A stretch of 48,095 bases of DNA, taken from contig DAIPYY010000001.1 in the NCBI GenBank assembly GCA_036782475.1, forward strand, positions 1-48,095, read 5' to 3'. Below the pieces are notes generated by a model, which saw nothing but the letters and a program-made list of their open reading frames with translations, had not been told where the DNA came from and made no database searches. A program made the translations under genes and the position numbers. This DNA is from Candidatus Saccharimonadota bacterium. GTDB lineage: Bacteria > Patescibacteriota > Saccharimonadia > Saccharimonadales > UBA4665. Shown here piece by piece: positions 31,739-40,730 of the stretch. Within the stretch, counting starts at the first letter, position 1; every line of letters starts with the position of its first letter.

Positions 31739-34564
31739 TTATCTCAAGGCGCCGCGGATGTGTTGGGGTGAGTGGGTGAAGAGAGTGCGGCGGGTGTGAG
31801 TGCGGGAGTGATGACGCAGACGGTGGCCAAGCTCGCGGATGAAGATAAATATGGCGGCAGCGGCAAGAGCGAGCAGCCAATCGACCAGCCCAAGCGGTGC
31901 GGTCCGGAAATAGCTGCTGAGCGGCGTATAGATGATGGCAATCACGCAGACGAGCGAGAGGACCATCGCGCCCCACAAGTGGCGGTTATGCAGCTGGTAA
32001 CGCGTGAAAAGGCCATGCTCGGAACGACGCTGGAGGATATTGGCGAGCTGCGTTAGCACGATGGTGAGATACGTTATGGTCGTAGCGCCCATGTGGAGGA
32101 CGCTGTCGACATCTACATGGCCCGCACCGAGCCCGCGGCGCCAGTAGTAGAGGAGGTAGTTGCCGAAGGCCAGCGTGCCGATGAGCAGGCCCGCCCACAG
32201 CAAGTCGGCGATGCTGCGACGGTTCAGGATATGTTCGTGCAGGTTTCGCGGGCGTTCTTTCATGAGCTCGCCCTCGGGACGGTCGCGGCCGAGCGCGGCG
32301 ATAGGGAACAGCTCGGCGATGAGGTCGATGGCGAGGATTTGCATGACCGACAGCGCGAGCGGTATATGGAACAGGGCGGCGGCCGCAAGGCTGGCAAGGC
32401 TCGTGAAGAGCTCTGCCATATTGCTCGTGAAACAGCTGAGCGTGCCCTTTTGGATATTGCGGAAGATGGTACGGCCGTCCTGGACGGCGCCGACAAGCGT
32501 ATGGAAACTGTCATCGAGCAGGATGATGTCGGCGGACTGCTTAGCGACATCGGTGCCGGTCAGACCCATCGCCACACCGATGTTGGCACGTTTCAGGGCC
32601 GGCGCGTCGTTGATGCCATCACCGGTCACCGCGACGACCAGGCCGGCTTTTTCGGCGAGTTCGACGATGCGGAGTTTGTCCTCGGGCGCGACACGGCTGA
32701 AAATGGTGCCGCCGCGCCGGATGTGGGTGAGGATCTGGGCATCGCTCAGCCCTGGCAGTTCGTCGCCGGCGACGACCACGAGGTCTTCCGGTTTGTTTGC
32801 CAGACGCGCCCTAACGGCGACGGCGCGGGCGGTCACGGCGAAATCACCAGTGATGATGGAGACGTTCATATGAGCGTGATGCGCCGCGTCCATGGCCGCG
32901 GGTACTTCGTCGCGGAGCGGGTCCACCATACTGACGATACCGAGGAATGTCAGGTCGTGCTCGGCCGCTTCGAGATGCTGGTTGCGGGCGTCGAAGCCCC
33001 TCGGCAGCACACGATAGGCGTAAGCGAGGTTGCGTTGGGCAGCAGCAGCGTGCTGTTCGTTATACCCCAGGAAAAACTGGCGGTCACCCTCGCTAAGGGA
33101 CCGGACATGGCCGTGATCCCAGAGCTCGGTCGATTGCTCGAGCACCGTTTCGGGGGCGCCTTTGACGAAGAGGTACAGCTGGCCGCCGACTTCGCGTACC
33201 GAACTCATCCGTTTGCGGGCGCTGTCGAAAGCATACTCTTTGTGCTCGGGAAAGCGGGCGGCGAGCTCCAGTGGTTCGAGACCGGCTTTGCGGGCAAGCG
33301 TGATGAGCGCACCCTCCGTCGGGTCGCCGACCACGTGCCAGGCGGCATGTTCGCTGTCGGGCGGGTTCACGAGCGCGTTGCTGGCAAGCGCGCCTGTCTC
33401 GAAGAAAAGGTGCAGGTCCTTCAGTGCGGCGCCACTGAGGGGCTTACCGTGCCGGTCGCAGATGGCGCCATTGGCTTCGTAGCCGGTGCCGGTTACTTTG
33501 TATTCGGTGCGGCCGGCCAGCACCTGCTCGACGGTCATCTGGTTTTTGGTGAGCGTGCCGGTTTTGTCGGTCAGGATGACATTGGTCGCGCCGAGCGTTT
33601 CGACGGCCGACAGTTTTTTCACGAGCGCACGGACGCGGGCAAGTTTGCCGGCGGCACCGGCAAGAGCGGTGTTGATTTCCGCAGGCAATCCCTGGGGGAT
33701 GATGGAACTGGCGATACCGATCGCGAAGAGGAATGCTTCGCGGTAGGGAAGGCCGATCTTGATGGCGATAGGTAGCAGGATGGCACAGAGTATCACAGTA
33801 CCTTGGGTGACCCTGGTAGCGATATTGGCCATTTCACGCTGCAAGGGGCTCATGAGCTCGGTGGCAGCCTGGCTGAGACGGGCGAGCCGGCCGATCTCCG
33901 TCTGCATGCCGGTGCCGACCACGACAGCGAGGGCTTCACCGGTCGCGACCGTCGTTCCCATGAACACGAGGTTTTGCCGTCCGGACAGCGGCACGTCGGC
34001 ACTGAGGGCATGCTTGAATTTGCGGGTCGGATTGCTTTCGCCCGTCAGTGCGAAGTCGTTCGTCGCCAGTTCTTCTTCGGTAAGTACGCGCAGATCGGCC
34101 GGTACGCTGTCACCGGCTTCGATATGAACGATATCGCCGGGCACTAATTCCGCCGACTCGACTTCCCTGGCAACGCCGGAACGGATGACGCGGGCACGGG
34201 CGATGACGAGTTTTTCGAGTGCTTTGAGGGTTTTTTCAGCTTTGAACTCCTGCAGAAACCCGATGGTGGTGTTGAAGAAAACGAGCACGCCGAGCACGAT
34301 TGCCGCGCGCCGGTCTCCCAGATATAACGAGAGAGCACTACTGGCGAGTAGCAGGATGATCATGGCGTCCCAAAATTGCCGCAGATAGGTAATGGGCCAC
34401 GGCTCGCGCCGCTCCACCACGAGGACGTTCCTGCCGCCTTCAGTGAGACGTCTCGCCGCCTCCTCGTCGCTCAGGCCGTCCCGGGATGACGACAGCGCCG
34501 CCAGGACATCGTCCGGCGACATAAGGTAGTATGCATGCTGTTTGTCAGCGCCCACCGCAGCCAT
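31739..34564 (-). CDS. P-type (P2-like) cation-transporting ATPase
   Basis: Cation_ATPase_N-like start (LSDEEAARRLTEGGRNVL), TGES, DKTGTLT, TGD and GDGINDAPALK, with about 10 TM helices. The TM4 motif reads PQGLP. Confidence 0.9.
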   Translation of the reverse strand: MAAVGADKQHAYYLMSPDDVLAALSSSRDGLSDEEAARRLTEGGRNVLVVERREPWPITYLRQFWDAMIILLLASSALSLYLGDRRAAIVLGVLVFFNTTIGFLQEFKAEKTLKALEKLVIARARVIRSGVAREVESAELVPGDIVHIEAGDSVPADLRVLTEEELATNDFALTGESNPTRKFKHALSADVPLSGRQNLVFMGTTVATGEALAVVVGTGMQTEIGRLARLSQAATELMSPLQREMANIATRVTQGTVILCAILLPIAIKIGLPYREAFLFAIGIASSIIPQGLPAEINTALAGAAGKLARVRALVKKLSAVETLGATNVILTDKTGTLTKNQMTVEQVLAGRTEYKVTGTGYEANGAICDRHGKPLSGAALKDLHLFFETGALASNALVNPPDSEHAAWHVVGDPTEGALITLARKAGLEPLELAARFPEHKEYAFDSARKRMSSVREVGGQLYLFVKGAPETVLEQSTELWDHGHVRSLSEGDRQFFLGYNEQHAAAAQRNLAYAYRVLPRGFDARNQHLEAAEHDLTFLGIVSMVDPLRDEVPAAMDAAHHAHMNVSIITGDFAVTARAVAVRARLANKPEDLVVVAGDELPGLSDAQILTHIRRGGTIFSRVAPEDKLRIVELAEKAGLVVAVTGDGINDAPALKRANIGVAMGLTGTDVAKQSADIILLDDSFHTLVGAVQDGRTIFRNIQKGTLSCFTSNMAELFTSLASLAAAALFHIPLALSVMQILAIDLIAELFPIAALGRDRPEGELMKERPRNLHEHILNRRSIADLLWAGLLIGTLAFGNYLLYYWRRGLGAGHVDVDSVLHMGATTITYLTIVLTQLANILQRRSEHGLFTRYQLHNRHLWGAMVLSLVCVIAIIYTPLSSYFRTAPLGLVDWLLALAAAAIFIFIRELGHRLRHHSRTHTRRTLFTHSPQHIRGALR

Positions 34565-34572
34565 ATAGTTCT

Positions 34573-34580
34573 AGTATACA
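34573..34580 (-). promoter_or_regulatory. -10 TATACT abutted by TG, 8 nt upstream of the ATPase ATG
   Basis: Minus strand reads gTGTATACTagaactatATG. Confidence 0.45.
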
Positions 34581-34649
34581 CGCCCTTCGGTGGTATGCGT
34601 ATGGGAGTATGGCAGCGTTTTCTATGATTTTTGCTAAATGATATTTTTG

Positions 34650-34658
34650 TGATATAAT
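34650..34658 (+). promoter_or_regulatory. extended -10 TGaTATAAT, 6 nt upstream of ATG 34665
   Basis: tgTGaTATAATatgagcATG. Confidence 0.45.
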
Positions 34659-34664
34659 ATGAGC

Positions 34665-35294
34665 ATGGTACGACCTCATCGGCAAGCAGAATCCGATCCT
34701 AACTCCAGCCAAGACCACCCTTCACCCTACGGCGATATCGTCGAAGCGGTGACAACGGCGAAGTCCAAGCGCGAGATCATCGCCTCTCCCATGGACAAAG
34801 TGACAAGGTCGGTGATGAAAGGAGTGGCCCTGATCCCTCGTTTCGGCCATACTTTTGAGACGGCGGCGTATTCCAGGATAGATCTGCGCCTGAGGCGCCT
34901 CAGGGAGCATGGCATGATAACAGAGGTAGCTCAGGATACGCTCCTCAACTTTTTCGGTCATCCCAACGGTCACTCCATCGCCCGCGAAGATTACGAGAAG
35001 AGCCTGCGGACCATGCATGATCATATCGAAACAGCCGTCTTGAAGGAGCGGGAAAAAGCCCCGGAATCAGATGAGGGACCGCACAAGCAGACGATGAGCG
35101 AGATAGCCTTCGCAGTAGGCCGGTATTCTATGCATATGGCGATGAAATATGAAATTGGCAGTCCAACTGTCATGGCAAAAGGAGCGGGATTCCACACGCT
35201 TATTGAGCAAATGAGGCCGGAAGCACAGACCACGATACAGGCATGCGTCGGGTATGCGCTCCCGTCAGTCTTATATCGGGAACCAAAGATATAA
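34665..35294 (+). CDS. hypothetical protein
   Basis: ORF open from ATG 34659. That ATG abuts the -10 box, so ATG 34665 (MVRPHRQ...) is preferred. No recognisable motifs. Confidence 0.55.
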   Translation: MVRPHRQAESDPNSSQDHPSPYGDIVEAVTTAKSKREIIASPMDKVTRSVMKGVALIPRFGHTFETAAYSRIDLRLRRLREHGMITEVAQDTLLNFFGHPNGHSIAREDYEKSLRTMHDHIETAVLKEREKAPESDEGPHKQTMSEIAFAVGRYSMHMAMKYEIGSPTVMAKGAGFHTLIEQMRPEAQTTIQACVGYALPSVLYREPKI

Positions 35295-35296
35295 CG

Positions 35297-35302
35297 TATA
35301 CT
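35297..35302 (+). promoter_or_regulatory. -10 box TATACT, 7 nt upstream of the polA ATG
   Basis: cgTATACTtataactATG. Confidence 0.4.
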
Positions 35303-35309
35303 TATAACT

Positions 35310-37964
35310 ATGGCAGCGCCGCAGAAATTGGTCGTAATCGACGGAAAATCGGTGTTTTACCGCGGCTACTACGCCATGCCGAATCTCAGCACCAAAGACG
35401 GGCACCCGACCGGTGGGGTATTCGGCTTCGCGACGATGGCGCTCGAAGTCATCAAGCGGCTCAAGCCTGATTACGTCGCCGTAGCCTGGGACAAACCGAA
35501 GACGAACATCCGCTCCCGCCTCGCCATCTACCCTCAGTACAAAGCCGGCCGCAAACCGGCACCGCCTGATTTTTATGAGCAAATACCCGTCCTGCATGAA
35601 GTGCTAGACGCCTTCGGCTGGCCGCTCTACGAGCTGGACGACTATGAAGCGGACGACCTCATGGGTACGTTGGCGAAACAGGCGAGTGAACAGGGCATCG
35701 AGACGCTGCTCGTCACATCCGACATGGATGCGCTGCAGGTCGTCGGACCGCTCACGAAAGTGTTCGCACTGAAAAAGGGCCTGAGCAGTATCGAGCTTTA
35801 CTCGCCCGAGAGTTTCACGGCCAAATACGGGCTGGATGTCAGCCAGTTCCTCGACCTCAAAGCACTCAAGGGCGACAGCAGCGACAATATCCCCGGCGTG
35901 CCGGGTATCGGCGAAAAAACGGCCATCCAGCTGCTTCAGGAGTATGAAACGCTCGACGGCATTTATGACAACATCGTACTCATCAAAGATTCGGTACGGA
36001 AAAAGCTCGAAGCCGGCAAAGAGAGTGCCTATATGAGCAAAAAACTGGGCGCCATCTGGTGCGATGCACCGCTGCCGCTCGACCTTGAGCGCATGGACGG
36101 ACATCATGCGAACCCGGAGCGCATACGGGAACTGTTCGAGCAACTGGAATTCCGCAGCCTGGTCCGCCAGCTCCCCGAAGCCATGCAGGTGCTCGGTGAT
36201 ACCGGTACGTTCCATCCGGCGTTCGCGGGGCACGATCTCGCCGTGCCGAAACTGACGGTCATCGATGATGAGGAGAAGCTACAAGATGTCGCCATCCCTG
36301 AGGGTGCGGAGTGGGTCGTCATGTCGCGCTCGGCGGGGCAGGCCGGGCGGGATCCAGAGCTCGTAATCCTGTCTCCTTCGCCGGATACCGCCTACGCGTT
36401 CGATCTTACGAAAATCAGTGCGGAGAAAGTGGTAGCCACCCTCGGATCACGGGTGACACGGGTCATCGGGTACGACGTGAAGTCGTCACTGAAAACCCTG
36501 CTTGGCATGGGGCTCACGGACCTGCCGGAAGTCGCCCATGACGCGCTCGTCGCGAGTTTCGTCCTGAACAGCCTGCGCCGTGACTTGTCCCTGACCGAAC
36601 TGGCGGGAGACGTCGGGTATGATGGTTCGCCGTTCGAGGACCTGAGCGACGAAGAACTCATCGTCCGTGCACCGGAAATCGTCGGTATCCTGCGTGCGCT
36701 CGCCGCCCAGCAACGTGCCGCGCTCGTGGAAACACCGTCGCTCCAGCGCGTCGCCGAAGACATCGATTACCCGGTAATCCCGGCGTTAGCCCGGATGGAA
36801 TTCCGCGGCATCCAGCTCGACACGGATTATCTGAAGAAGTTCGCCGTCCAGCTCGACGACAGCGTCTCGGACCTGCAGCAGGAAATCTACGGCTATGCCG
36901 ACCAGGAATTTAATATCAGCAGCCCGGTGCAGCTGTCAGATGTACTTTTCGTTACACTCGCGCTGCCGACGCAGGGCATCAAACGGGGTAAGACCGGCTA
37001 CAGCACCGCCGCGAGCGAACTCGACAAGCTGCGTGCCCTGCATCCTATCATCGACCTGATCACCCAATACCGCGAAGTTACGAAGCTTAAAAACACGTAT
37101 GTCGACACCTTGCCGACCCAGGTCGACGGCCATAATCGTATCCATACGACGTTCAACCTCACCATCGCCCAGACCGGTCGCCTCAGCAGCACCGAACCGA
37201 ACCTGCAGAACATTCCCGTGCGCACGGAGCTCGGCAAACACATCCGTACCGCCTTCGTCGCGGGCAAGGGGAAGCGGCTCGTCAGCGCCGACTACAGCCA
37301 GTTCGAACTGCGCCTCGCTGCGGCAATGAGCGGCGACCACGACATGATAGCGGCGTTCAACCGCGGTGCGGACATCCATACGCTGACGGCGGCGGAAGTA
37401 TACGGCCGGCAGCCCGAAGACGTCACGAAACAGATGCGCTCTGCTTCCAAAACGGTCAATTTCGGCGTGCTGTACGGCATGAGCCCGCACGGGCTCAGCG
37501 CCGCGACCGGCATGACATTCACCCAGGCAAGGGAATTCATCGACAAATATTTCGCGCTCCGGAAACCGCTGCTCGGCTACCTGGAAAGCCTGAAAGAAAA
37601 GGCGAAAACGGACGGCTACGTCGAGACGCTCCTGGGCCGCCGACGGCCGATGCCGGATATCCATTCATCGAATTTTGCCGTGCGTTCCGCCGCGGAACGC
37701 GCCGCCATGAATATGCCTATCCAGGGGACCGAAGCTGACCTCATGAAGATCGCCATGGTCACCGTCGATAAAAAGCTTGCCGAAACGGTACCAAGTGCCC
37801 AACAACTGCTGCAGATACACGACTCTATCCTGGTGGAATGCGACGAAGCAGACGCCGAGGCGGTAGCAAAACTGCTCAAAGAAACGATGGAATCGATTTA
37901 CCCGGACCTGCCTGTCGCCCTCGACGTCGACACGAGCATCGGCGGCAACTGGGGCGAGCTGTAA
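35310..37964 (+). CDS. polA: DNA polymerase I (5'-3' exonuclease, degenerate 3'-5' exonuclease-like linker, family A polymerase)
   Basis: 5' nuclease motifs (YKAGR, DDLMGT, GDSSDNIPGVPGIGEKTA). Polymerase motif A (LVSADYSQFELRL), motif B (RSASKTVNFGVLYGMS) and motif C (LQIHDSILVE). Confidence 0.93.
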   Translation: MAAPQKLVVIDGKSVFYRGYYAMPNLSTKDGHPTGGVFGFATMALEVIKRLKPDYVAVAWDKPKTNIRSRLAIYPQYKAGRKPAPPDFYEQIPVLHEVLDAFGWPLYELDDYEADDLMGTLAKQASEQGIETLLVTSDMDALQVVGPLTKVFALKKGLSSIELYSPESFTAKYGLDVSQFLDLKALKGDSSDNIPGVPGIGEKTAIQLLQEYETLDGIYDNIVLIKDSVRKKLEAGKESAYMSKKLGAIWCDAPLPLDLERMDGHHANPERIRELFEQLEFRSLVRQLPEAMQVLGDTGTFHPAFAGHDLAVPKLTVIDDEEKLQDVAIPEGAEWVVMSRSAGQAGRDPELVILSPSPDTAYAFDLTKISAEKVVATLGSRVTRVIGYDVKSSLKTLLGMGLTDLPEVAHDALVASFVLNSLRRDLSLTELAGDVGYDGSPFEDLSDEELIVRAPEIVGILRALAAQQRAALVETPSLQRVAEDIDYPVIPALARMEFRGIQLDTDYLKKFAVQLDDSVSDLQQEIYGYADQEFNISSPVQLSDVLFVTLALPTQGIKRGKTGYSTAASELDKLRALHPIIDLITQYREVTKLKNTYVDTLPTQVDGHNRIHTTFNLTIAQTGRLSSTEPNLQNIPVRTELGKHIRTAFVAGKGKRLVSADYSQFELRLAAAMSGDHDMIAAFNRGADIHTLTAAEVYGRQPEDVTKQMRSASKTVNFGVLYGMSPHGLSAATGMTFTQAREFIDKYFALRKPLLGYLESLKEKAKTDGYVETLLGRRRPMPDIHSSNFAVRSAAERAAMNMPIQGTEADLMKIAMVTVDKKLAETVPSAQQLLQIHDSILVECDEADAEAVAKLLKETMESIYPDLPVALDVDTSIGGNWGEL

Positions 37965-38119
37965 GTTTCGCCGTATATTTTTCACGACTTTTCACGGAAG
38001 GTATTTCTCTCTGTTATTTTGGAACTTGAGTCCGCATGCAGTAAAACCGCTTACTGCCAGTACTGTGTCAGTGGAGTAGGCTAGAATGTGGCAATGGTAA
38101 CCATAACGAAGGGAGGAAA

Positions 38120-38380
38120 ATGGGAGTAGAAGAAGGAACGAACCGGATCATGCAGCTGAGGCAGCTCGCAGCAAACCACGGCGCTATGGACAACGATCCA
38201 TTCATGCCAGGCACCTACCCGGTGGCTGCCATGGAGGACGAAACTACCGATGAACCGGTCCCTGCAAGCATACCGCACCCGATACCAGAGGCGCTTTCGG
38301 AGGTAGCCCCGCCACTGCACACGCGGGTCATCGCCAAGATACGGGAAGCCATCAGACCATACCTGCGCGAAGCCGCCTGA
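38120..38380 (+). CDS. hypothetical small acidic protein
   Basis: 86-aa ORF with a strong SD (GAAGGGAGGaaaATG). Confidence 0.5.
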   Translation: MGVEEGTNRIMQLRQLAANHGAMDNDPFMPGTYPVAAMEDETTDEPVPASIPHPIPEALSEVAPPLHTRVIAKIREAIRPYLREAA

Positions 38381-38450
38381 CCCGTCTGACCAAAAGAATG
38401 CATATAGCACCGTCTACGAGCGTTCTTTTGCGTCAGAATGAAGTCACCGC

Positions 38451-38459
38451 TGCTATACT
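38451..38459 (+). promoter_or_regulatory. extended -10 TGcTATACT, 6 nt upstream of the dut ATG
   Basis: cTGcTATACTagatgtATG. Confidence 0.5.
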
Positions 38460-38465
38460 AGATGT

Positions 38466-38900
38466 ATGCATATTGCAGTGAAACGGCTGTCGGAGAAGGC
38501 GAGCCTGCCGGTGTACCAGACCGAGCATAGTGCCGGCATGGACCTGGCGGCGTGTATCGACGAGCCTGTTGTTATCGCACCGCACGAGCGGGCGGTCATC
38601 TCCACCGGCATCGCCATCGCCCTGCCCGAAGGCTACGAGGCGCAAGTCCGCGGCCGCAGCGGCCTGGCGGCGAAATTCGGCGTCATGCCGGCGAACGGCG
38701 TTGGCACGATTGATGCGGATTACAGAGGTGAAATCGGCGTGATTTTACTGAATACGAGCACCAAACCATTTACTGTGGAGCCCGATATGCGCGTGGCACA
38801 GCTCGTTATCGCGCGGTATGAACGCGCCGAATGGACAGAGGTCGATGATTTGGATGAAACAGCGAGAGGCGCCGGCGGCTTCGGCAGCACGGGGAAGTAG
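38466..38900 (+). CDS. dut: dUTP diphosphatase
   Basis: SAGMDLAA, RGRSGLAAKFGV, GTIDADYRGEIGVILLN and a C-terminal RGAGGFGSTG motif. Confidence 0.93.
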   Translation: MHIAVKRLSEKASLPVYQTEHSAGMDLAACIDEPVVIAPHERAVISTGIAIALPEGYEAQVRGRSGLAAKFGVMPANGVGTIDADYRGEIGVILLNTSTKPFTVEPDMRVAQLVIARYERAEWTEVDDLDETARGAGGFGSTGK

Positions 38901-38902
38901 CT

Positions 38903-39337
38903 ATGGAGCGGGACCTCTATTTCATCGCCGTAAAACTACTACTCCGTGACGGTGATAAGCTGCTCGTGACACACGACATTTTTGGCGACTGGGACCTGCC
39001 CGGCGGCCGCATCCGCATGAATGAATTCGAGACACCCATCTTCGATATTATCGAGCGAAAGGTGCAGGAAGAGCTAGGCACGGCAGTACGGTATACTCTC
39101 GGTAAACCTGTGGTGACATTCCGGGTGGAACGCTTCGAAGCGACTCTCCAAAAGAAGGTGCATATATTCGCTGTCGGATATGAGGCCACCTACCGGGGCG
39201 GTGAGATTATCCTGGGTGAGCACCATGATGATATGAAATGGGTTGATGTAACAACATACGACCCGGCGGCAGATTTTACCGGGGGATGGCTGAAGGGACT
39301 GCAAGAATATTTTGAGAACCTGGAGGGGGATTCGTAA
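38903..39337 (+). CDS. NUDIX hydrolase
   Basis: Nudix box LPGGRIRMNEFETPIFDIIERKVQEELG. Starts 2 nt after the dut stop. Confidence 0.8.
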   Translation: MERDLYFIAVKLLLRDGDKLLVTHDIFGDWDLPGGRIRMNEFETPIFDIIERKVQEELGTAVRYTLGKPVVTFRVERFEATLQKKVHIFAVGYEATYRGGEIILGEHHDDMKWVDVTTYDPAADFTGGWLKGLQEYFENLEGDS

Positions 39338-39766
39338 ATGGCGGAGCAACTATTTCACATCGGCATAAAAGCACTCGTCGTTAACGGCGGCGGGGAAATA
39401 TTGATGCTCAAGGAAGTGTTCCCGGACGGCGGCATGCAGTGGGATGTCCCCGGCGGCCGGATGGATCCGGGCGAGACGTTCCTAGAGACACTCTCGAGGG
39501 AGCTGCGCGAAGAGATCGGAGTCGAAGAATATTTGACGGCGGAACATTTTGCGACAGCGCTCTCCAACAAGCAGATCCGGACAGAACAAGGCCCGGTCGC
39601 GCTGGTGCTCATCGTTTTCAGGGTCACCCTGGCGGATGCGGTCATGCCGCAAGCCCTCGAAAAGGGCGTGGAGTTGAGCTGGCAGCCAATTGACCAGGCG
39701 GCGGAGCTGTTACTCGACAAATATCCGCGCGAATTCGTCGAAAAGATCACGGAGATGGCCGCCTGA
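39338..39766 (+). CDS. NUDIX hydrolase
   Basis: Nudix box VPGGRMDPGETFLETLSRELREEIGV. Starts immediately after the previous stop. Confidence 0.85.
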   Translation: MAEQLFHIGIKALVVNGGGEILMLKEVFPDGGMQWDVPGGRMDPGETFLETLSRELREEIGVEEYLTAEHFATALSNKQIRTEQGPVALVLIVFRVTLADAVMPQALEKGVELSWQPIDQAAELLLDKYPREFVEKITEMAA

Positions 39767-40650
39767 TGTGGAGGCGGTTCGGGGCATATCGGGCAGGGCG
39801 AAAGGTACCGGTCCAGCAGGGAGAGTTGTTCGCACGTGTCGCCCAAACACTGCGCAGCGAGGTGCGTATCCCACGGCGACGCTGGAGGCGACACACCGAC
39901 TTCCAGTACCTGCGCCCGCTTATCGAAGAGGCAAAAAACCGAACGAGGTACGCCGCGCAGCGTGCCGAACCGCAGGCGCTCGCAGCGGCGTGGCTGGAAG
40001 CACTCGTCCTGCAGGCACCGGGAGCGGTCCTGGCACAAGTCCAGATGGACAAGCACAAACATAGCTACCACAACAAGGCCGCACGCGTCATGGAGCTCAT
40101 CGATTTCAACGATTCATACGTCAGCGCGGTGCTCACGGTGCCGCCGGATCATTTGCATACTTTCAACAGTGATCTCAAGCGGCTCATCGACTGGTTCTGT
40201 GCGCGCGTCGGCGCGTGGACATTCACTGACAAGCAGTTCGAGGCGATCACGCACGGCCTGAGCCGGGAAATCGCCGTTTACCACGCGGCGAGGGCTGCTG
40301 GGTTCCAGGTGGTAATGACCACGCGTACCGAAGATGCCCTCGGTATTGACATGCACATCACCGACCCGGCGACCAGCCGGCGCGTCCATATCGACACCAA
40401 AACCAACTCGGCATTCCACTACCGCCTCATAGAGCTGCTCAGAGAAGGACGTCTCACCCAGGCGGACATCGACTTGGCGGAACGGCGGGGCTACACCGCT
40501 GTCATGAATGGGCACGGCGACGAGCGGGTGCGCGTGGTACTCTGGCGGATCGACCATGGCACACTGGGAACGATCGAGGATTTTGCCTTTGAGCGTACCG
40601 ACAGGCTCATAGCAGAACTTGTCGCGATACTCCGGGAGTACGGCGAGTAG
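39766..40650 (+). CDS. hypothetical protein (possible PD-(D/E)XK-like core in the C-half)
   Basis: TGATG overlap with the upstream NUDIX stop. The C-half has E...LGIDMHI...VHIDTKT, resembling a D...(D/E)xK nuclease motif. The true start may be internal. Confidence 0.5.
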   Translation: MWRRFGAYRAGRKVPVQQGELFARVAQTLRSEVRIPRRRWRRHTDFQYLRPLIEEAKNRTRYAAQRAEPQALAAAWLEALVLQAPGAVLAQVQMDKHKHSYHNKAARVMELIDFNDSYVSAVLTVPPDHLHTFNSDLKRLIDWFCARVGAWTFTDKQFEAITHGLSREIAVYHAARAAGFQVVMTTRTEDALGIDMHITDPATSRRVHIDTKTNSAFHYRLIELLREGRLTQADIDLAERRGYTAVMNGHGDERVRVVLWRIDHGTLGTIEDFAFERTDRLIAELVAILREYGE

Positions 40651-40712
40651 AGCACTTGCCGCGAAAACTGGGTAGCCCGGTGGCAAAAACCAGCCAATAA
40701 GCGTAAGGAGAA

Positions 40713-40721
40713 TGCTATACT
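40713..40721 (+). promoter_or_regulatory. extended -10 TGcTATACT, 9 nt upstream of the PrgI-like gene ATG
   Basis: aaTGcTATACTactaggagaATG. Confidence 0.5.
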
Positions 40722-40730
40722 ACTAGGAGA

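Noticed and set aside
32093-33775. 560-aa ORF on the + strand, plus several 60-240-aa ORFs nearby
   Set aside because: Antisense to the P-type ATPase, whose catalytic motifs are all intact. A GC-rich shadow frame.
35604-37664. 209-aa and 242-aa ORFs on the - strand
   Set aside because: Antisense to polA. Shadow frames.
40711-40725. Mini-ORF ATG-CTA-TAC-TAC-TAG (MLYY) preceded by AAGGAG, upstream of the PrgI-like gene
   Set aside because: The ATG is part of the TGcTATACT -10 box, so the likely transcript would start downstream of it. Treated as coincidence.
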